From Candidatus Latescibacterota bacterium (GTDB taxonomy: Bacteria; Latescibacterota; UBA2968), in assembly GCA_965204375.1 (NCBI GenBank), contig OZ241986.1:3616001-3680000 (forward strand): 64,000 nucleotides of DNA, given 5' to 3'. Within the stretch, counting starts at the first letter, position 1; each line of letters begins with the position of its first letter. Below are positions 1-10,585 of the stretch, one piece after another. The notes beneath the pieces were generated by a model, which searched no databases, had not been told where the DNA came from, and saw only the letters and a list, made by a program, of their open reading frames with translations. Position numbers and translations under genes: made by a program.

Positions 1-725
1 CCTCGCCAGCGATAAGTCTTGCACTCAATCAGCGAAGGACCCTCGCCATTGCGCGCGCGCGCAACAGCCTCCTGAGCCGCGTCATAAACCGCCATCACAT
101 CATTCCCATCCACAACCACGCCCGGGATATCGTACCCCGCGGCACGCGCAGCAACATCGCTATGCGCCAGTGTACTCGCCGCCGGAGTGCTCGCCGCGTA
201 GAGATTGTTCTCGCAAACATAAATCATGGGCAACTTCCACGCCGCAGCGATATTGATCGACTCGTGAAACGGACCTGCATTTGACGCCCCATCGCCAAAA
301 AACGAAACCGCAACGCGACCCTTGCCCTCGAGCTGCGCGGCCAGACCAGCACCCGTAACAATGGGTATGCCACCCGCCACAATGCCATTTGCACCGAGCA
401 TCCCAATACTAAAATCGGCAATATGCATCGATCCCCCCTTGCCCTTGCAATACCCCGTCTCCCGCCCGTAAAGCTCAGCCATCATACGCTTCAAATCCGC
501 ACCCTTGGCAATACAATGCCCGTGCCCCCGATGCGTACTGATAATCTGATCATCCGGATTGAGCGCGGCACAGACACCAGTGGCAACGGCCTCCTCGCCG
601 ATATAGCAATGGACTACGCCGTAAATATCCCCTGCGCGATAATCATCAGACGCGCGCTCTTCAAAGCGCCGGATCGTTTGCATAATCCGCAGCATCTCGA
701 GTTGTTTTTCCTGTGTAAGAGCCAT
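1..725 (-). CDS. TPP-dependent dehydrogenase E1 alpha subunit (acetoin/pyruvate dehydrogenase-like), runs off window start
   Basis: Manual translation from ATG 725: MALTQEKQLEMLRIMQTIRRFEE...HCYIGEEAVA...STHRGHGH...GKGGSMH...FFGDGA...CENNLYA; absent from ORF track because it has no stop in the window. Confidence 0.9.
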   Translation of the reverse strand, partial: MALTQEKQLEMLRIMQTIRRFEERASDDYRAGDIYGVVHCYIGEEAVATGVCAALNPDDQIISTHRGHGHCIAKGADLKRMMAELYGRETGYCKGKGGSMHIADFSIGMLGANGIVAGGIPIVTGAGLAAQLEGKGRVAVSFFGDGASNAGPFHESINIAAAWKLPMIYVCENNLYAASTPAASTLAHSDVAARAAGYDIPGVVVDGNDVMAVYDAAQEAVARARNGEGPSLIECKTYRWR

Positions 726-738
726 ACGATATTCTCCA

Positions 739-2469
739 CTATGCGGGCCTATCGCCCTTTTTAACCGGCGCTGTTCTACTATCAACGCCCGGCAACATTT
801 TTGATGGATCTCTCGTAACAATAACATCGATAATCGTAGGAATATTGCGATTGGCAATACCCTCGGCAAAAGCGCCTTGCAACGCCCCGGGATCATCCAC
901 GCGAATACCCTGACAGCCGAGCGCGCGGGCCGTATCGGCATAATCGGTCTCGCTCAGATCACTCGACTGATAGCGCCCCTCATACATATTGTGCTGAAGC
1001 GCTTTGACATAACCCGAAGCCGCATTATTTACAATCGCCAGCGTAAACCCAAGCTCAAGGCGCCGGGCTGTCTCCAGTTCCCCCAGCACCATATTAAACC
1101 CCGCATCTCCCGTCAGACCAACAACGGGAGAATCCCCCGCCGCGAGTTGCGCGCCCATCGTACCCGGCAACCCATAACCTATAGAAGCAAATCCGCGATT
1201 GGCAATATACGTGCGCCCAGACCGGGTTGAATCGTAAAGCAAACCCGTCCAATGCGCGGCAAACCCACCATCCACAACCAGAATCCCGTCTTCGGGCATC
1301 ACATTTTGCAACTCGCGCACCACCCGCGCCATATTGACGGGCCTCTCATCAGAAGCATAACGCGGCTCTGCCTCGGCTCGCCAGGCAGCCATCCGTTCTG
1401 AGATCTCGGTCAAATAAGCCGCGCGCATCTGCTGTATCGTCCCCCGATCAGAGAATAAACTATCCCGAAGATCGCGCAAGCCCTCAGCAGCATCGCCCCA
1501 GAGTGAAACGGTAGCAGGCGTCGTGCGCCCGATCTCTTCAGCCACAATATCGAGATGGATAAAAGGCACATCGCGCGGAATCAAATCATAGCGTTTCGTG
1601 GCAATCTCGCCCATCTTGCATCCAACCGACAGAATACAATCTGCAGACTCGATCAAATCATTGGCAATCCGCGACCAGCGTCCGAACAACCCCACGCTGA
1701 GCGGATGAATACAGGGAATCGCGCCCTTGCCACTCAGCGTTTGCGCCACCGGAATACTAAAATCCTCGGCAAAACGCTGAAGTTCGCAATACGCCCCAGA
1801 AAGATGAACACCGCCACCAGCGAGAATAATCGGCCGCCGGGCATCGCGCAAACACTCCGCCGCGCGCGCAACCGCGTCTCGCCCCGGGCGCGAACGCTGT
1901 GCGGGAATGCTCAGCGTTTCTGGATCTACAAAAAAATCTGATTTGGAATAGTCATACTCCCCGTGCGCAATATCCTCGGGCACATCCAGCACAACAGGTC
2001 CCGGTCGCCCGGATGTGGCAACAGCGTACGCGCGTCGCACAAGCTCGGGAATGCGATAGCCGCTCTCGATCCGAATAAGCGCTTTGGCCGCTGGCGCCAG
2101 AATCTCCGTCTGACGCGCCTCCTGCGTCATATTCTTCCACGAATGCTCGCGATTGCTATTGCCCACAACAACAATAAGCGGAACACCCGCATTCAGAGAC
2201 TCCACCAATCCCGTAACCAGATTCGTCGCCCCGGGACCGAGCGTCCCATCGCATATACCGGGACGACCCGTCACGCGCGCCCAGGCATCCGCGGCAAAAA
2301 TACCACAGCGCTCATCATTGATCAACGTATGTGAAAGCCCCAACTCGCGCACAGCATCGTAAAAGGGCAAAAGTTGAAAGCCCCCCATACCGAACATAGG
2401 CGCAGGATCGTGAAGGCGAAACATCTCAGCGAGCGCCTGCCCGCCATTCATGTGTACGACTGAAGACAT
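739..2469 (-). CDS. thiamine pyrophosphate-binding protein, acetolactate synthase large subunit-like
   Basis: GPGATN, SGRPGPVVLDVPED and GDAGF...NN TPP-binding motif; 576 aa. Confidence 0.9.
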   Translation of the reverse strand: MSSVVHMNGGQALAEMFRLHDPAPMFGMGGFQLLPFYDAVRELGLSHTLINDERCGIFAADAWARVTGRPGICDGTLGPGATNLVTGLVESLNAGVPLIVVVGNSNREHSWKNMTQEARQTEILAPAAKALIRIESGYRIPELVRRAYAVATSGRPGPVVLDVPEDIAHGEYDYSKSDFFVDPETLSIPAQRSRPGRDAVARAAECLRDARRPIILAGGGVHLSGAYCELQRFAEDFSIPVAQTLSGKGAIPCIHPLSVGLFGRWSRIANDLIESADCILSVGCKMGEIATKRYDLIPRDVPFIHLDIVAEEIGRTTPATVSLWGDAAEGLRDLRDSLFSDRGTIQQMRAAYLTEISERMAAWRAEAEPRYASDERPVNMARVVRELQNVMPEDGILVVDGGFAAHWTGLLYDSTRSGRTYIANRGFASIGYGLPGTMGAQLAAGDSPVVGLTGDAGFNMVLGELETARRLELGFTLAIVNNAASGYVKALQHNMYEGRYQSSDLSETDYADTARALGCQGIRVDDPGALQGAFAEGIANRNIPTIIDVIVTRDPSKMLPGVDSRTAPVKKGDRPA

Positions 2470-2483
2470 AGAAACTCCACGGA

Positions 2484-3275
2484 TTACAAACTAAGCCTCT
2501 CCCCAAACTCCGGCACCTTCATCCCCGCTATAACACCACATCTTTCCGCCTGTAAATTGACATACGACAGAACACCGCTCTCCCATGCGGAAACCGCATC
2601 GCCAATACAGGCGGTCATCGCATCCACTGTCCCTGCGGGAATACCGGCGCGATCCAGAATCTCAAGACGCCGAATACCTGCCCGATCAATACCGACCCCC
2701 GCATCGTTAAACACAGCACCCCTCGCCTCTGCAGCGATACCATAATCGGGCCTGCCCGCAATCGCCCCACCGTGCGATCCCGTAATAATAAATGCACCTG
2801 CATCCTCAGGCGTAACAAGTGAAGCAGAATCACATGCAAGAGTGAGAACAGGCACCTCTTGCAACACAGAGCGCGATTCCTCGTAGCCCGGAACATCCCC
2901 TTCAAATGGCTTGCCATTGCACAAAACTTCAGCCGTCTCTCGACAAGACTGACCCTCTTCACATCCGAGCGCACGCGCTATCTCATTACAAAAACTAATG
3001 CGCCCACGCTTGAGCATATCTGCCCCATCGCCAATGCGCGCAGACGTATGTGCAATCGCCGCAGCCGCGAGTCCGAGACTTTGCAAATAATCAAGCGACC
3101 CAACCCCCGCATTGTCCTTCCCAACACCCGCATCATTAAAAATAACGCCCCGAAGACCAGCCAACGCTGCGAGATACCCACAATACCGCCCCCCGTGAGA
3201 AGCGGCAATTAGCACCTTCCCTCGTAACTCCGAACCAGGTTTCGTAATACTATCGGCAACTTGAATCGCGTCCAT
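2484..3275 (-). CDS. hypothetical protein with internal tandem duplication
   Basis: 263 aa with two copies of SHGG...FNDAGVG.D.AG...IGD; operon-like spacing with the TPP enzymes. Confidence 0.75.
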   Translation of the reverse strand: MDAIQVADSITKPGSELRGKVLIAASHGGRYCGYLAALAGLRGVIFNDAGVGKDNAGVGSLDYLQSLGLAAAAIAHTSARIGDGADMLKRGRISFCNEIARALGCEEGQSCRETAEVLCNGKPFEGDVPGYEESRSVLQEVPVLTLACDSASLVTPEDAGAFIITGSHGGAIAGRPDYGIAAEARGAVFNDAGVGIDRAGIRRLEILDRAGIPAGTVDAMTACIGDAVSAWESGVLSYVNLQAERCGVIAGMKVPEFGERLSL

Positions 3276-3318
3276 AATAGCCTCTAATTGTGCTATTGTA
3301 TATATTTTTTCGCTTTTT

Positions 3319-3362
3319 ATGCGTATTTTATACCTATTTCATACGTATTTTATACGTATTTT
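3319..3362. repeat. four 11-bp direct repeats in an AT-rich region upstream of the TPP operon
   Basis: ATGCGTATTTT/ATACCTATTTC/ATACGTATTTT/ATACGTATTTT. Confidence 0.7.
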
Positions 3363-3440
3363 TTTATTTTCAAATATATATAAAACAAATACTTACAAAA
3401 TTTATTACGTCTAATTGCGTAATTTATTGCGTTTTTTGGC

Positions 3441-5057
3441 TTAATTTTTTTCTTTTGACGCAATTCCAGATGGTGGTCGCCCTGGATACCAGCGAGCGGC
3501 TCTAGTGGCTCCAACTTTATAGATGCGCCCCTCGCTCTTCAAACTCCTAAGCAAACTCTGCACTTGATCGCGCGAAAGTGCCGGAAGTACCTGCCTCAAC
3601 TCCCGCAACTGACTCCCTTCTTTCCGATTATCTCGAATGTGTTTCAGCAGCAACTCCTTATTTGTCTCGCGATCTAACCCGCGCTTGCGCGTATAAGTAC
3701 CCGCCTTACCGATATACCGATAGAAACTTCGGGAGAGCATGAGCCGCACGCCACGCCCGCGTCCCACGCGCTCGATGATTCCCTGTTCCAGCAGATGATT
3801 AACTCTTGATTGCAGGTCGTTGGGAACCGGCTGTTCGCGGTGGACGAGATCGACCACCAACAAATCGTCAAGGCCAAATGTGGCGACTTGTTCTTGACCA
3901 ATCTCTTCCAGAAAACGCAGAAACTCCGGGTCTTGAATCTCACCGTGCAACGTGAGCCATACGGAGTAGGCATCTGTATGGGAAAAGTCGGGCAATGGCT
4001 TGCTCTGCTGAATGCACTCGCGGAAGATGCGGTCAAACCCTTGTCCCGCGCGTTCGACCAATCCGCATTTGCCAAGAACTTCGGCGATACGGCGATTGCG
4101 CGGATTTTGTTGCCGGAGAATATTATCGGGTGTGATGCCGGGCGGAAACCCACCAGGGCTGACAATCTCGATGCGCCGAGGGTACTGTCGAATAAAGACC
4201 GATCCTCCATGGCGATAATCGCGGTGACTCACCGCATTCAAAACAGCCTCACGCACCACACGCTCATTGAAAGTGGGCACATCCCAAATAAAAAATCCTT
4301 GCTGAAAGTGTTGCAGGTCATTGCGCTGGTTGATAAGTCGCCATATCTCGTCAAGCACAGTAAGAAAACCCTGTCTAAATTCATGCCGTTCCGCCGCTGG
4401 CCCCGGCACTTCGTTGGATCGGTACTCGAAGATGACCTCCGCTTGAGCGAGATATTTGCCCAGGGCCTCCCGTTTGCCAAGAAGAATCAATGCCGCATAC
4501 GTCACTTGATTATCAACGAGCAACTCGGCATCTGCCAGAAGTTGTTCTATGGGACGGGTCGAAATGTCCTGATCCAATAACTTGCGCTGCCAGAGTTGAC
4601 GCAGAACCCCCACAGCATTTGGATCGAGATCGTCCAATTGGGCAGAGGTACAAATCTCCGCCGAAAAATCGGGACCGGACTCGGCAAAAATGCGTTGGAG
4701 CAAGTCGGGTGTCATGGGAATAAGGGTTTCGCCACCACGCATCCAATATGCACCTTTATACTGCATAGGCATACCGATTGGATGAGAGGGAACCTGAAAG
4801 ACCAGAACCCGGCCATCTGGATGCTGAATCTCCTCGACATCAATACGAAGCCGCACTCGATCAATCAGACCCGCCTTTGTCCGTTCGAGATTGCTAAAAG
4901 CCTGGCTGCCAACCACTTTACGCGGCAGTTTATCCGTTACGCCCAGGATCATTCTTCCACCGCCTTCATTTGCCTCTTTGAACTCCAAGTGTTCATCTTC
5001 CCTGGCGTTCAAAGAGGTTTGGAGCATGTCTATGGAAACGGTCATGTGGCCTCTCAA
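3441..5057 (-). CDS. AlbA_2/Schlafen-like + HATPase (RecG C-terminal-like) + wHTH DNA-binding protein
   Basis: EHLEFKE, ANEGGGRMILGV, REAVLNAVSHRDY, IEIVSPGG, PRN..IA, VERAGQG motifs. Confidence 0.85.
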   Translation of the reverse strand: MRGHMTVSIDMLQTSLNAREDEHLEFKEANEGGGRMILGVTDKLPRKVVGSQAFSNLERTKAGLIDRVRLRIDVEEIQHPDGRVLVFQVPSHPIGMPMQYKGAYWMRGGETLIPMTPDLLQRIFAESGPDFSAEICTSAQLDDLDPNAVGVLRQLWQRKLLDQDISTRPIEQLLADAELLVDNQVTYAALILLGKREALGKYLAQAEVIFEYRSNEVPGPAAERHEFRQGFLTVLDEIWRLINQRNDLQHFQQGFFIWDVPTFNERVVREAVLNAVSHRDYRHGGSVFIRQYPRRIEIVSPGGFPPGITPDNILRQQNPRNRRIAEVLGKCGLVERAGQGFDRIFRECIQQSKPLPDFSHTDAYSVWLTLHGEIQDPEFLRFLEEIGQEQVATFGLDDLLVVDLVHREQPVPNDLQSRVNHLLEQGIIERVGRGRGVRLMLSRSFYRYIGKAGTYTRKRGLDRETNKELLLKHIRDNRKEGSQLRELRQVLPALSRDQVQSLLRSLKSEGRIYKVGATRAARWYPGRPPSGIASKEKN

Positions 5058-5187
5058 AAAAACTCCGAACTGGTAGAGCTACCTCGTTTTAGTGAATAGT
5101 TTAGTAAATTCACCCCAAGCATCTCCCTGAAAGAGATACGTTGTCTAATCAAATGGGTCAAGTCCAAATTTACTTTTAACGGAATAC

Positions 5188-6657
5188 TTATCCCAGTGGA
5201 GAATACGTCTTTGCCGGAATCGCTCGATAAAACTCGAGCTTCTCCCGATCCAGTCGGTCTCTGATCGTACTCAGGTGTGTCTCAATCAAATCTTGCCGCA
5301 CAGATTCCAGATCCGGATCCTCAAAAACATTATTCAGTTCCCTGGGATCATTTTGACAATCGTACATTTCAACCGGCTTCTCAGACGCGGACTCGACCAC
5401 CAGCTTGTATCGCCCATCAAAAACCATCGTAAACCCATCGACTTCACTAAACACAGCGTCCTTGCCCTTTTGGGCGCCATCGGCATCTGGACCTGCCAAT
5501 ACCTGAGATACAAACGAAACCCCATCGCTATCTTCCAGAGATTCTGCCCCTGCAACATCTAAAATCGTATCCGTGATATTCAAGCAATCCGTCAACCCTT
5601 CAGAGGTCCATCCAGACTGTCCACCTGGAGGACGCACCACCAGAGGCACCCGTACAGCCATATCGTAAAAGACCCCTTTGTGGCTCAACCGATGATCCCC
5701 TGCCATTTCGCCGTGATCCGAACTGTAAATAATCCAGGTATTATCCAAAATGCCCTTTGCCTCAAGAGCTTCGATAATGCCCCCGATCGCATTGTCGATC
5801 AATGTAATCTTTGCATAATAATTGATAACCAGTTGTTTCTTTTCTTCTTCGGTCATTGTTTTGGCATCGCCAGCACGAAAGAGCGACCGCACGATATATT
5901 TGGGATACGGTTCTTTGGGCAGATCCATAATACCCACAGGAATATCATCCATACTGTACATATCCCGATACTCCTGTGGCGAATCAAAGGGATTGTGCGG
6001 ACCCGGAAACAGCACCTGCAGATAAAATGGCTTATCCCCCTCATAATCGCGTACCCATTCCGCAGCCGTACGCCCGGTATAACTGTCCAGATGACATTCA
6101 GAAGGCAATGGACAGGGCGGATCTTCCCATGCCCGTGCCTTGCCCTCTTCCAGGCGCGTCTTTGACCTGACCACGTAGTCTCGATGCGTCTTCCACAAAC
6201 CCAATTCTTCGAGATAATCCGAATACTGCGACTTGTTTACCCCCGATGCGTGTGGGCCGTGCATCTCCTGAATATCTACAAACCCCCAATTTTCCAATAT
6301 TGCCGTCTTTTCCTGACTTTTTGTACCGCCCGTGTGCGTATATAAGTGGGTCTTGCCCACCAGAGCAGTATGATAGCCCACATCGCGCACATTTCGCACA
6401 TGACTGGGACCCCGCTGATCGGCCTCAACAATATTCTGCCAGACACCGTGTTCCCGCACGTACTGCCCCGTCATCATCGTCGCTCGTGCAGGCATACAAA
6501 TCGGCCCATTGGTATAACACTGGCTAAACACCACCCCTTCCGACCCCAAACGATCCAGATGTGGTGTTTTGATCACCGGATGCCCAGCGCACCCCACCGC
6601 ATCGCCGCGATGCTGATCCGAATATATAAAAACAATATTGGGTTTTGACATACACAC
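5188..6657 (-). CDS. sulfatase (formylglycine-dependent)
   Basis: PNIVFIYSDQHR, CMPAR (CxPxR), GKTH, SDHGE. Confidence 0.93.
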   Translation of the reverse strand: MCMSKPNIVFIYSDQHRGDAVGCAGHPVIKTPHLDRLGSEGVVFSQCYTNGPICMPARATMMTGQYVREHGVWQNIVEADQRGPSHVRNVRDVGYHTALVGKTHLYTHTGGTKSQEKTAILENWGFVDIQEMHGPHASGVNKSQYSDYLEELGLWKTHRDYVVRSKTRLEEGKARAWEDPPCPLPSECHLDSYTGRTAAEWVRDYEGDKPFYLQVLFPGPHNPFDSPQEYRDMYSMDDIPVGIMDLPKEPYPKYIVRSLFRAGDAKTMTEEEKKQLVINYYAKITLIDNAIGGIIEALEAKGILDNTWIIYSSDHGEMAGDHRLSHKGVFYDMAVRVPLVVRPPGGQSGWTSEGLTDCLNITDTILDVAGAESLEDSDGVSFVSQVLAGPDADGAQKGKDAVFSEVDGFTMVFDGRYKLVVESASEKPVEMYDCQNDPRELNNVFEDPDLESVRQDLIETHLSTIRDRLDREKLEFYRAIPAKTYSPLG

Positions 6658-6703
6658 CTCCAGTAGAGAACCCGGTCAACTCCGTATGCTTGAACTGAGA
6701 CGC

Positions 6704-8131
6704 TCACCTAGTCAATTTGAGGTCCCAACTAAAGCGATTATTAGCCGGGTCACTATAATCAATATAAACCGTGGGATTTGTAGCGTTGAGATATTCCTCA
6801 AGATTGGTGTAGCCGTCGTTGTCGCGGTCTTTTGGGCCGTCTGCAGGATCGGCCGGATTGAGTGAATAACGCTTCTCCCAGGCATCGGGCATACCATCGC
6901 GGTCGGTGTCGGCAGGTGGTTGACCAAGGGCCAATTCGGGCCAGCCACCAACCGTCTTCTGGGAATCGATAATGCCTGAACCTCCGCCATACGAACCACC
7001 GTAAGTGGCCGTACCGGATTCTACCTCGGCGACGATGCGTTTGTCGTGCGAGTCACGGCTCGGAAGGGTGGCACCGACGTGTTCCAGAACGCGTTGATAA
7101 GCGCGTGCGGCGGAATCCGTATGTATCGGTGCGATCTCGAAAGGACCGTCGGCACGAAAGTGATTGATAGGAAGATCATTACCGGGATGGACGCCAAGCC
7201 AGTTGTCAGCAGTGACGTCAGGAGCACCCACAACGAGATTACCGGCAATCCACCAACGCTCCAACCCCTCGGGACCTTCATCACCTTCATAGGGATTGGC
7301 GAGACGAGCGCGCACGTTTTCGCGGGTTGCAGGGCCGGGTTTGTAAACGTTATTGACCAAATTGATGCGAACATCGCCCTCACCGCCGTAGCAGGAGTTG
7401 TAGCCCCAGTTGTAGATGACGTTATTTCTCAGATCGACATGCTGGACGAAAGTATCGCGTCCGGCGATGCGCGGATTGCGGCTGGAGTGGTGTGCCAGCA
7501 GGTTGTGATGGTAGCTGACGCGCTTGCCACCCCAGATGCCGCCGAAGCCGTGGGCACCTTTTACGTGCACCGATTCTCGGAGGCTCTCTGAGATCAGGCA
7601 CCATTGAATGGTGACGTCCTCTACGCGATAGACTGAAACGCATTCATCTACACTCCAACTGGCTGAGCAGTGATCAATGATGATATTCTTATGATACCGG
7701 CTGCCGATGGCGTCCATATCTTCTCCCGTAGTATCGCCAAGGCGAACACGTAAGAAGCGCACAATAACCTCGTCGGCATCGATGCTGAGCTGATAGTCGG
7801 CCAGACAGATGCCCCCGCCAGGCGCGGTCTGACCGGCAACGGTAATATAAGGTTTACTGATCTTAAGTGGGCTTTTGAGGCGAATTGTGCCGCCGACTCG
7901 GAAGACAACGGTGCGGGGTCCAGTGGCTTCTACGGCGGCGCGAAGGCTGTTAGGACCGCTGTCGTTGAGGTTGGTAACCTCAATGAGGCGACCACCTCGA
8001 CCACCAACGGTTTGAGCACCGGCTCCTTCGGCACCAGGAAACGCAGGGATCGCATGGGCTTCGGCACCCGGAGCCACACCAACGATAGAGAATACAAAAG
8101 TAACTATGGTGAGAAAAATAGATGGTTTCAT
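6704..8131 (-). CDS. secreted pectate lyase (PL1-like)
   Basis: Signal peptide, AFPGAEGAG..TVGGRGG, IIDHCSASWSVDE, SRNPR, DTDRDGMPDAWE. Confidence 0.88.
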   Translation of the reverse strand: MKPSIFLTIVTFVFSIVGVAPGAEAHAIPAFPGAEGAGAQTVGGRGGRLIEVTNLNDSGPNSLRAAVEATGPRTVVFRVGGTIRLKSPLKISKPYITVAGQTAPGGGICLADYQLSIDADEVIVRFLRVRLGDTTGEDMDAIGSRYHKNIIIDHCSASWSVDECVSVYRVEDVTIQWCLISESLRESVHVKGAHGFGGIWGGKRVSYHHNLLAHHSSRNPRIAGRDTFVQHVDLRNNVIYNWGYNSCYGGEGDVRINLVNNVYKPGPATRENVRARLANPYEGDEGPEGLERWWIAGNLVVGAPDVTADNWLGVHPGNDLPINHFRADGPFEIAPIHTDSAARAYQRVLEHVGATLPSRDSHDKRIVAEVESGTATYGGSYGGGSGIIDSQKTVGGWPELALGQPPADTDRDGMPDAWEKRYSLNPADPADGPKDRDNDGYTNLEEYLNATNPTVYIDYSDPANNRFSWDLKLTR

Positions 8132-8203
8132 AGCACAAATCCTTCTGTTGAGATAAGGGCGCGATGACCGTCAAGAGCACCGTTGCCATCTAAAATTTGC
8201 ATA

Positions 8204-9112
8204 TCAGGATTCCTCGCTCAGCGCCTCTATAATCCTGCTCTCTTCACTATCATAATTCAGATCTTCCAGAGTAGTCAGATTCTCTGTCAACTGCTCAGAA
8301 GAGGAGACACCCAACATGATGGTGTGAACCCCGCTATCCTTGACTGCCCACTTGATCAAAGCTCTGGCAACTTGCGCTCTGTTGGCGTAGCCTTTTTCTT
8401 CTGCGATTGCAAACACCTTTGCTTTCTGAAAGAGCACCCGCCCCAAGATGCCTAACGCATGCTTTTCCGCTTTCACAATGGTATCACCAAATTTGGCCTT
8501 TTCGAGGGGGTTGCAGTTTATGAAAGTTGTATCAAAGCAACCCTTGTCATACTGTTTCGCATACGTCTCCGGACCTGAAAATGTATCTGCCGAAGCAAAT
8601 CGGATCAGCCCCTCATCCTTAAGCTTCTGGATGTTGTCCGCAATTTTATCGAGGTAGTCCGGATCGTATTCCAGGGCATCTGCCATGAAGGCAAAGTTGT
8701 AGATGTCTATCACCTCCCGCTGTATGAGCTTCAAAGCTCGGATCGCTTCAGTTCTCAAGAGGCTGTAATCCGCCATCTTCCGGTTGTGCGGGTCATAGGT
8801 ATAGACCATGCCCTCAGGCCGGGTTTGTATAAGGATCTCATCTTTGACATCCACCTCTTTCAGAATCCTGCCCATAGCCTCTTTCTCAGAATCGATTGTC
8901 AGATCGAAGAGGCTGACCCCAGCTTCCAGAGCTGTCTCTACAATCCGCAGTCTGTTCTCTCCGCCAAAGCCCGGGAAAATGTGACCAAGAGTTACTGCCA
9001 GGTCTTTGTTATCCCCAAAGCCAGCGACACGCGAATCAGGATGGAACTCGTGTCCTCCCAGACCGACAACAGATACTTTAATGCCAGTGCGCCCAAGATT
9101 GCGATATTGCAT
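8204..9112 (-). CDS. aldo/keto reductase
   Basis: MQYRNLGRTGIKVSVVGLGG N-terminus and GVSSSEQLTENL C-terminus; start trimmed to MQYR. Confidence 0.8.
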   Translation of the reverse strand: MQYRNLGRTGIKVSVVGLGGHEFHPDSRVAGFGDNKDLAVTLGHIFPGFGGENRLRIVETALEAGVSLFDLTIDSEKEAMGRILKEVDVKDEILIQTRPEGMVYTYDPHNRKMADYSLLRTEAIRALKLIQREVIDIYNFAFMADALEYDPDYLDKIADNIQKLKDEGLIRFASADTFSGPETYAKQYDKGCFDTTFINCNPLEKAKFGDTIVKAEKHALGILGRVLFQKAKVFAIAEEKGYANRAQVARALIKWAVKDSGVHTIMLGVSSSEQLTENLTTLEDLNYDSEESRIIEALSEES

Positions 9113-9281
9113 TTTTATCTCCTTTGCCAACCAGCAAAACCAATTCAAAGTTATCGGCAAGGTACTGGTCTTACAATACTATAATTAAAAATCAACGGGG
9201 AGCATCGCCAAATCGATGTCTCCCCGTCAATTTTATCCCTCTTATCGGGAAACTCTTTTGTCACACTTCCGCATCAGCAGG

Positions 9282-9515
9282 TCAGATTGGTTCAACACGC
9301 TCGTGCCCAATCACCTTTCGGGCATACAGGAGACAGGCCTGAATATCTTTCTGTGTCAGCCAAGGATAGCCTTCAAGCAGCACCTCGGGGGTATCTCCTG
9401 CTGCGAGCATGCCAAGGACCTGTTCAACGGCAAGTCGACGTCCTCGAACAATAGGCTTACCCCCAAAGATCTTCGGGTTGATCGTAATTCGTTCCAAGAG
9501 TTTTTTCTCATCCAT
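9282..9515 (-). CDS. DUF433 family antitoxin-like protein
   Basis: RITINPKIFGGKPIVRGRRLAVEQVL...YPWLTQKDIQACLLYA. Confidence 0.9.
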   Translation of the reverse strand: MDEKKLLERITINPKIFGGKPIVRGRRLAVEQVLGMLAAGDTPEVLLEGYPWLTQKDIQACLLYARKVIGHERVEPI

Positions 9516-9578
9516 TATTCATTTTTCCTCTGTCGTGACGAAATTACTTGAGATGGCAATGATGGCGAAATTTTCGTT

Positions 9579-10481
9579 TTAGTGATCTGAAGCATCTGTA
9601 TTGTTTGGACGATTAGATTGCGCAATAAGACGAAGAATCGGTTTTTTATCCAGTTCATCTTCGGATGAAATTTTCTTCCAATTGCTTTGGACTTCTGCCG
9701 TATCCAGAATTTTAGTCTCCAGAAGATTGGTAATAAGTGCTCCTGTTATCTGATCTTCAAATCCCTTGATTTCGGCCAACGGTACTTCTCCAAAATAAAG
9801 ATCGCATTCTACAAGAAGTGTTACTTTTAACTCTATTTCGAGGAAATCGTTATCTGCTTTGATAAATGCTACCGGTGGTGAAAGGGGAATATCTTTGTGG
9901 ATTCCTGGATCAGTTGGAAATTTCCTTTGTCTCCATAGATCATACACATAGTCTAAAGTAGTTCCTAGTTTCTGTTTCTGATTATCATATAGCACGATCT
10001 TTCCGGGATCTTGTAGAGGCATCCTCATCGTTCCTTGACCGGCAAAGGTCGATAAAAACTGCATGTTTCTAAAATCGGCCAATGCGGGAATGGCAACATA
10101 AGATTGCCAGTCGTGTTTCTCTGAATCTACCAATCGATACAATTCGATATTGGCCTCTGCTGCTCGTTTCTTTGCTGAAGCGCTAAAGCCACTTGCAGAA
10201 ATGATGGCTCCTCGGGTTGCTCGGATATCTTTAAATAGCCCCATAGAGGCTTCAATTGTTTTGATATCAGCAGGTTTTTTGTAGTCTTTGCAGTCAATTG
10301 CGAACAGGGTTTCAAATTGCCCAACTGTTTTTTTTATAACGATATCAATTTCCCTAAGCTGACCAGATTTTACGCCTCGTATCTTGGCATTCTGTTCTAC
10401 TTCGCAATCAGGTGATAGGGTCTTTTGGATTTGGCTACAAACGGATTCAAATCTACGCCATTTTTCAGATTTTTTTGCCAT
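9579..10481 (-). CDS. Mrr_cat-like PD-(D/E)xK restriction endonuclease
   Basis: FE..C..I, REIDIVI, IDCKDY, GAIISASGFSASA in the N-terminal domain. Confidence 0.8.
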   Translation of the reverse strand: MAKKSEKWRRFESVCSQIQKTLSPDCEVEQNAKIRGVKSGQLREIDIVIKKTVGQFETLFAIDCKDYKKPADIKTIEASMGLFKDIRATRGAIISASGFSASAKKRAAEANIELYRLVDSEKHDWQSYVAIPALADFRNMQFLSTFAGQGTMRMPLQDPGKIVLYDNQKQKLGTTLDYVYDLWRQRKFPTDPGIHKDIPLSPPVAFIKADNDFLEIELKVTLLVECDLYFGEVPLAEIKGFEDQITGALITNLLETKILDTAEVQSNWKKISSEDELDKKPILRLIAQSNRPNNTDASDH

Positions 10482-10585
10482 ATCAAGTCCATTTCTATAG
10501 AGACTGAATGAGAGCGTAATCTATACTGTGGTCAGAGGATAGCGATGTTGGTGTTACTTGAATACAGTAAGAGGCACTTTAAAAT

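Noticed and set aside
9200-9282. DUF5615 PIN toxin expected downstream of DUF433
   Set aside because: No such ORF is visible; DUF433 appears to be an orphan.
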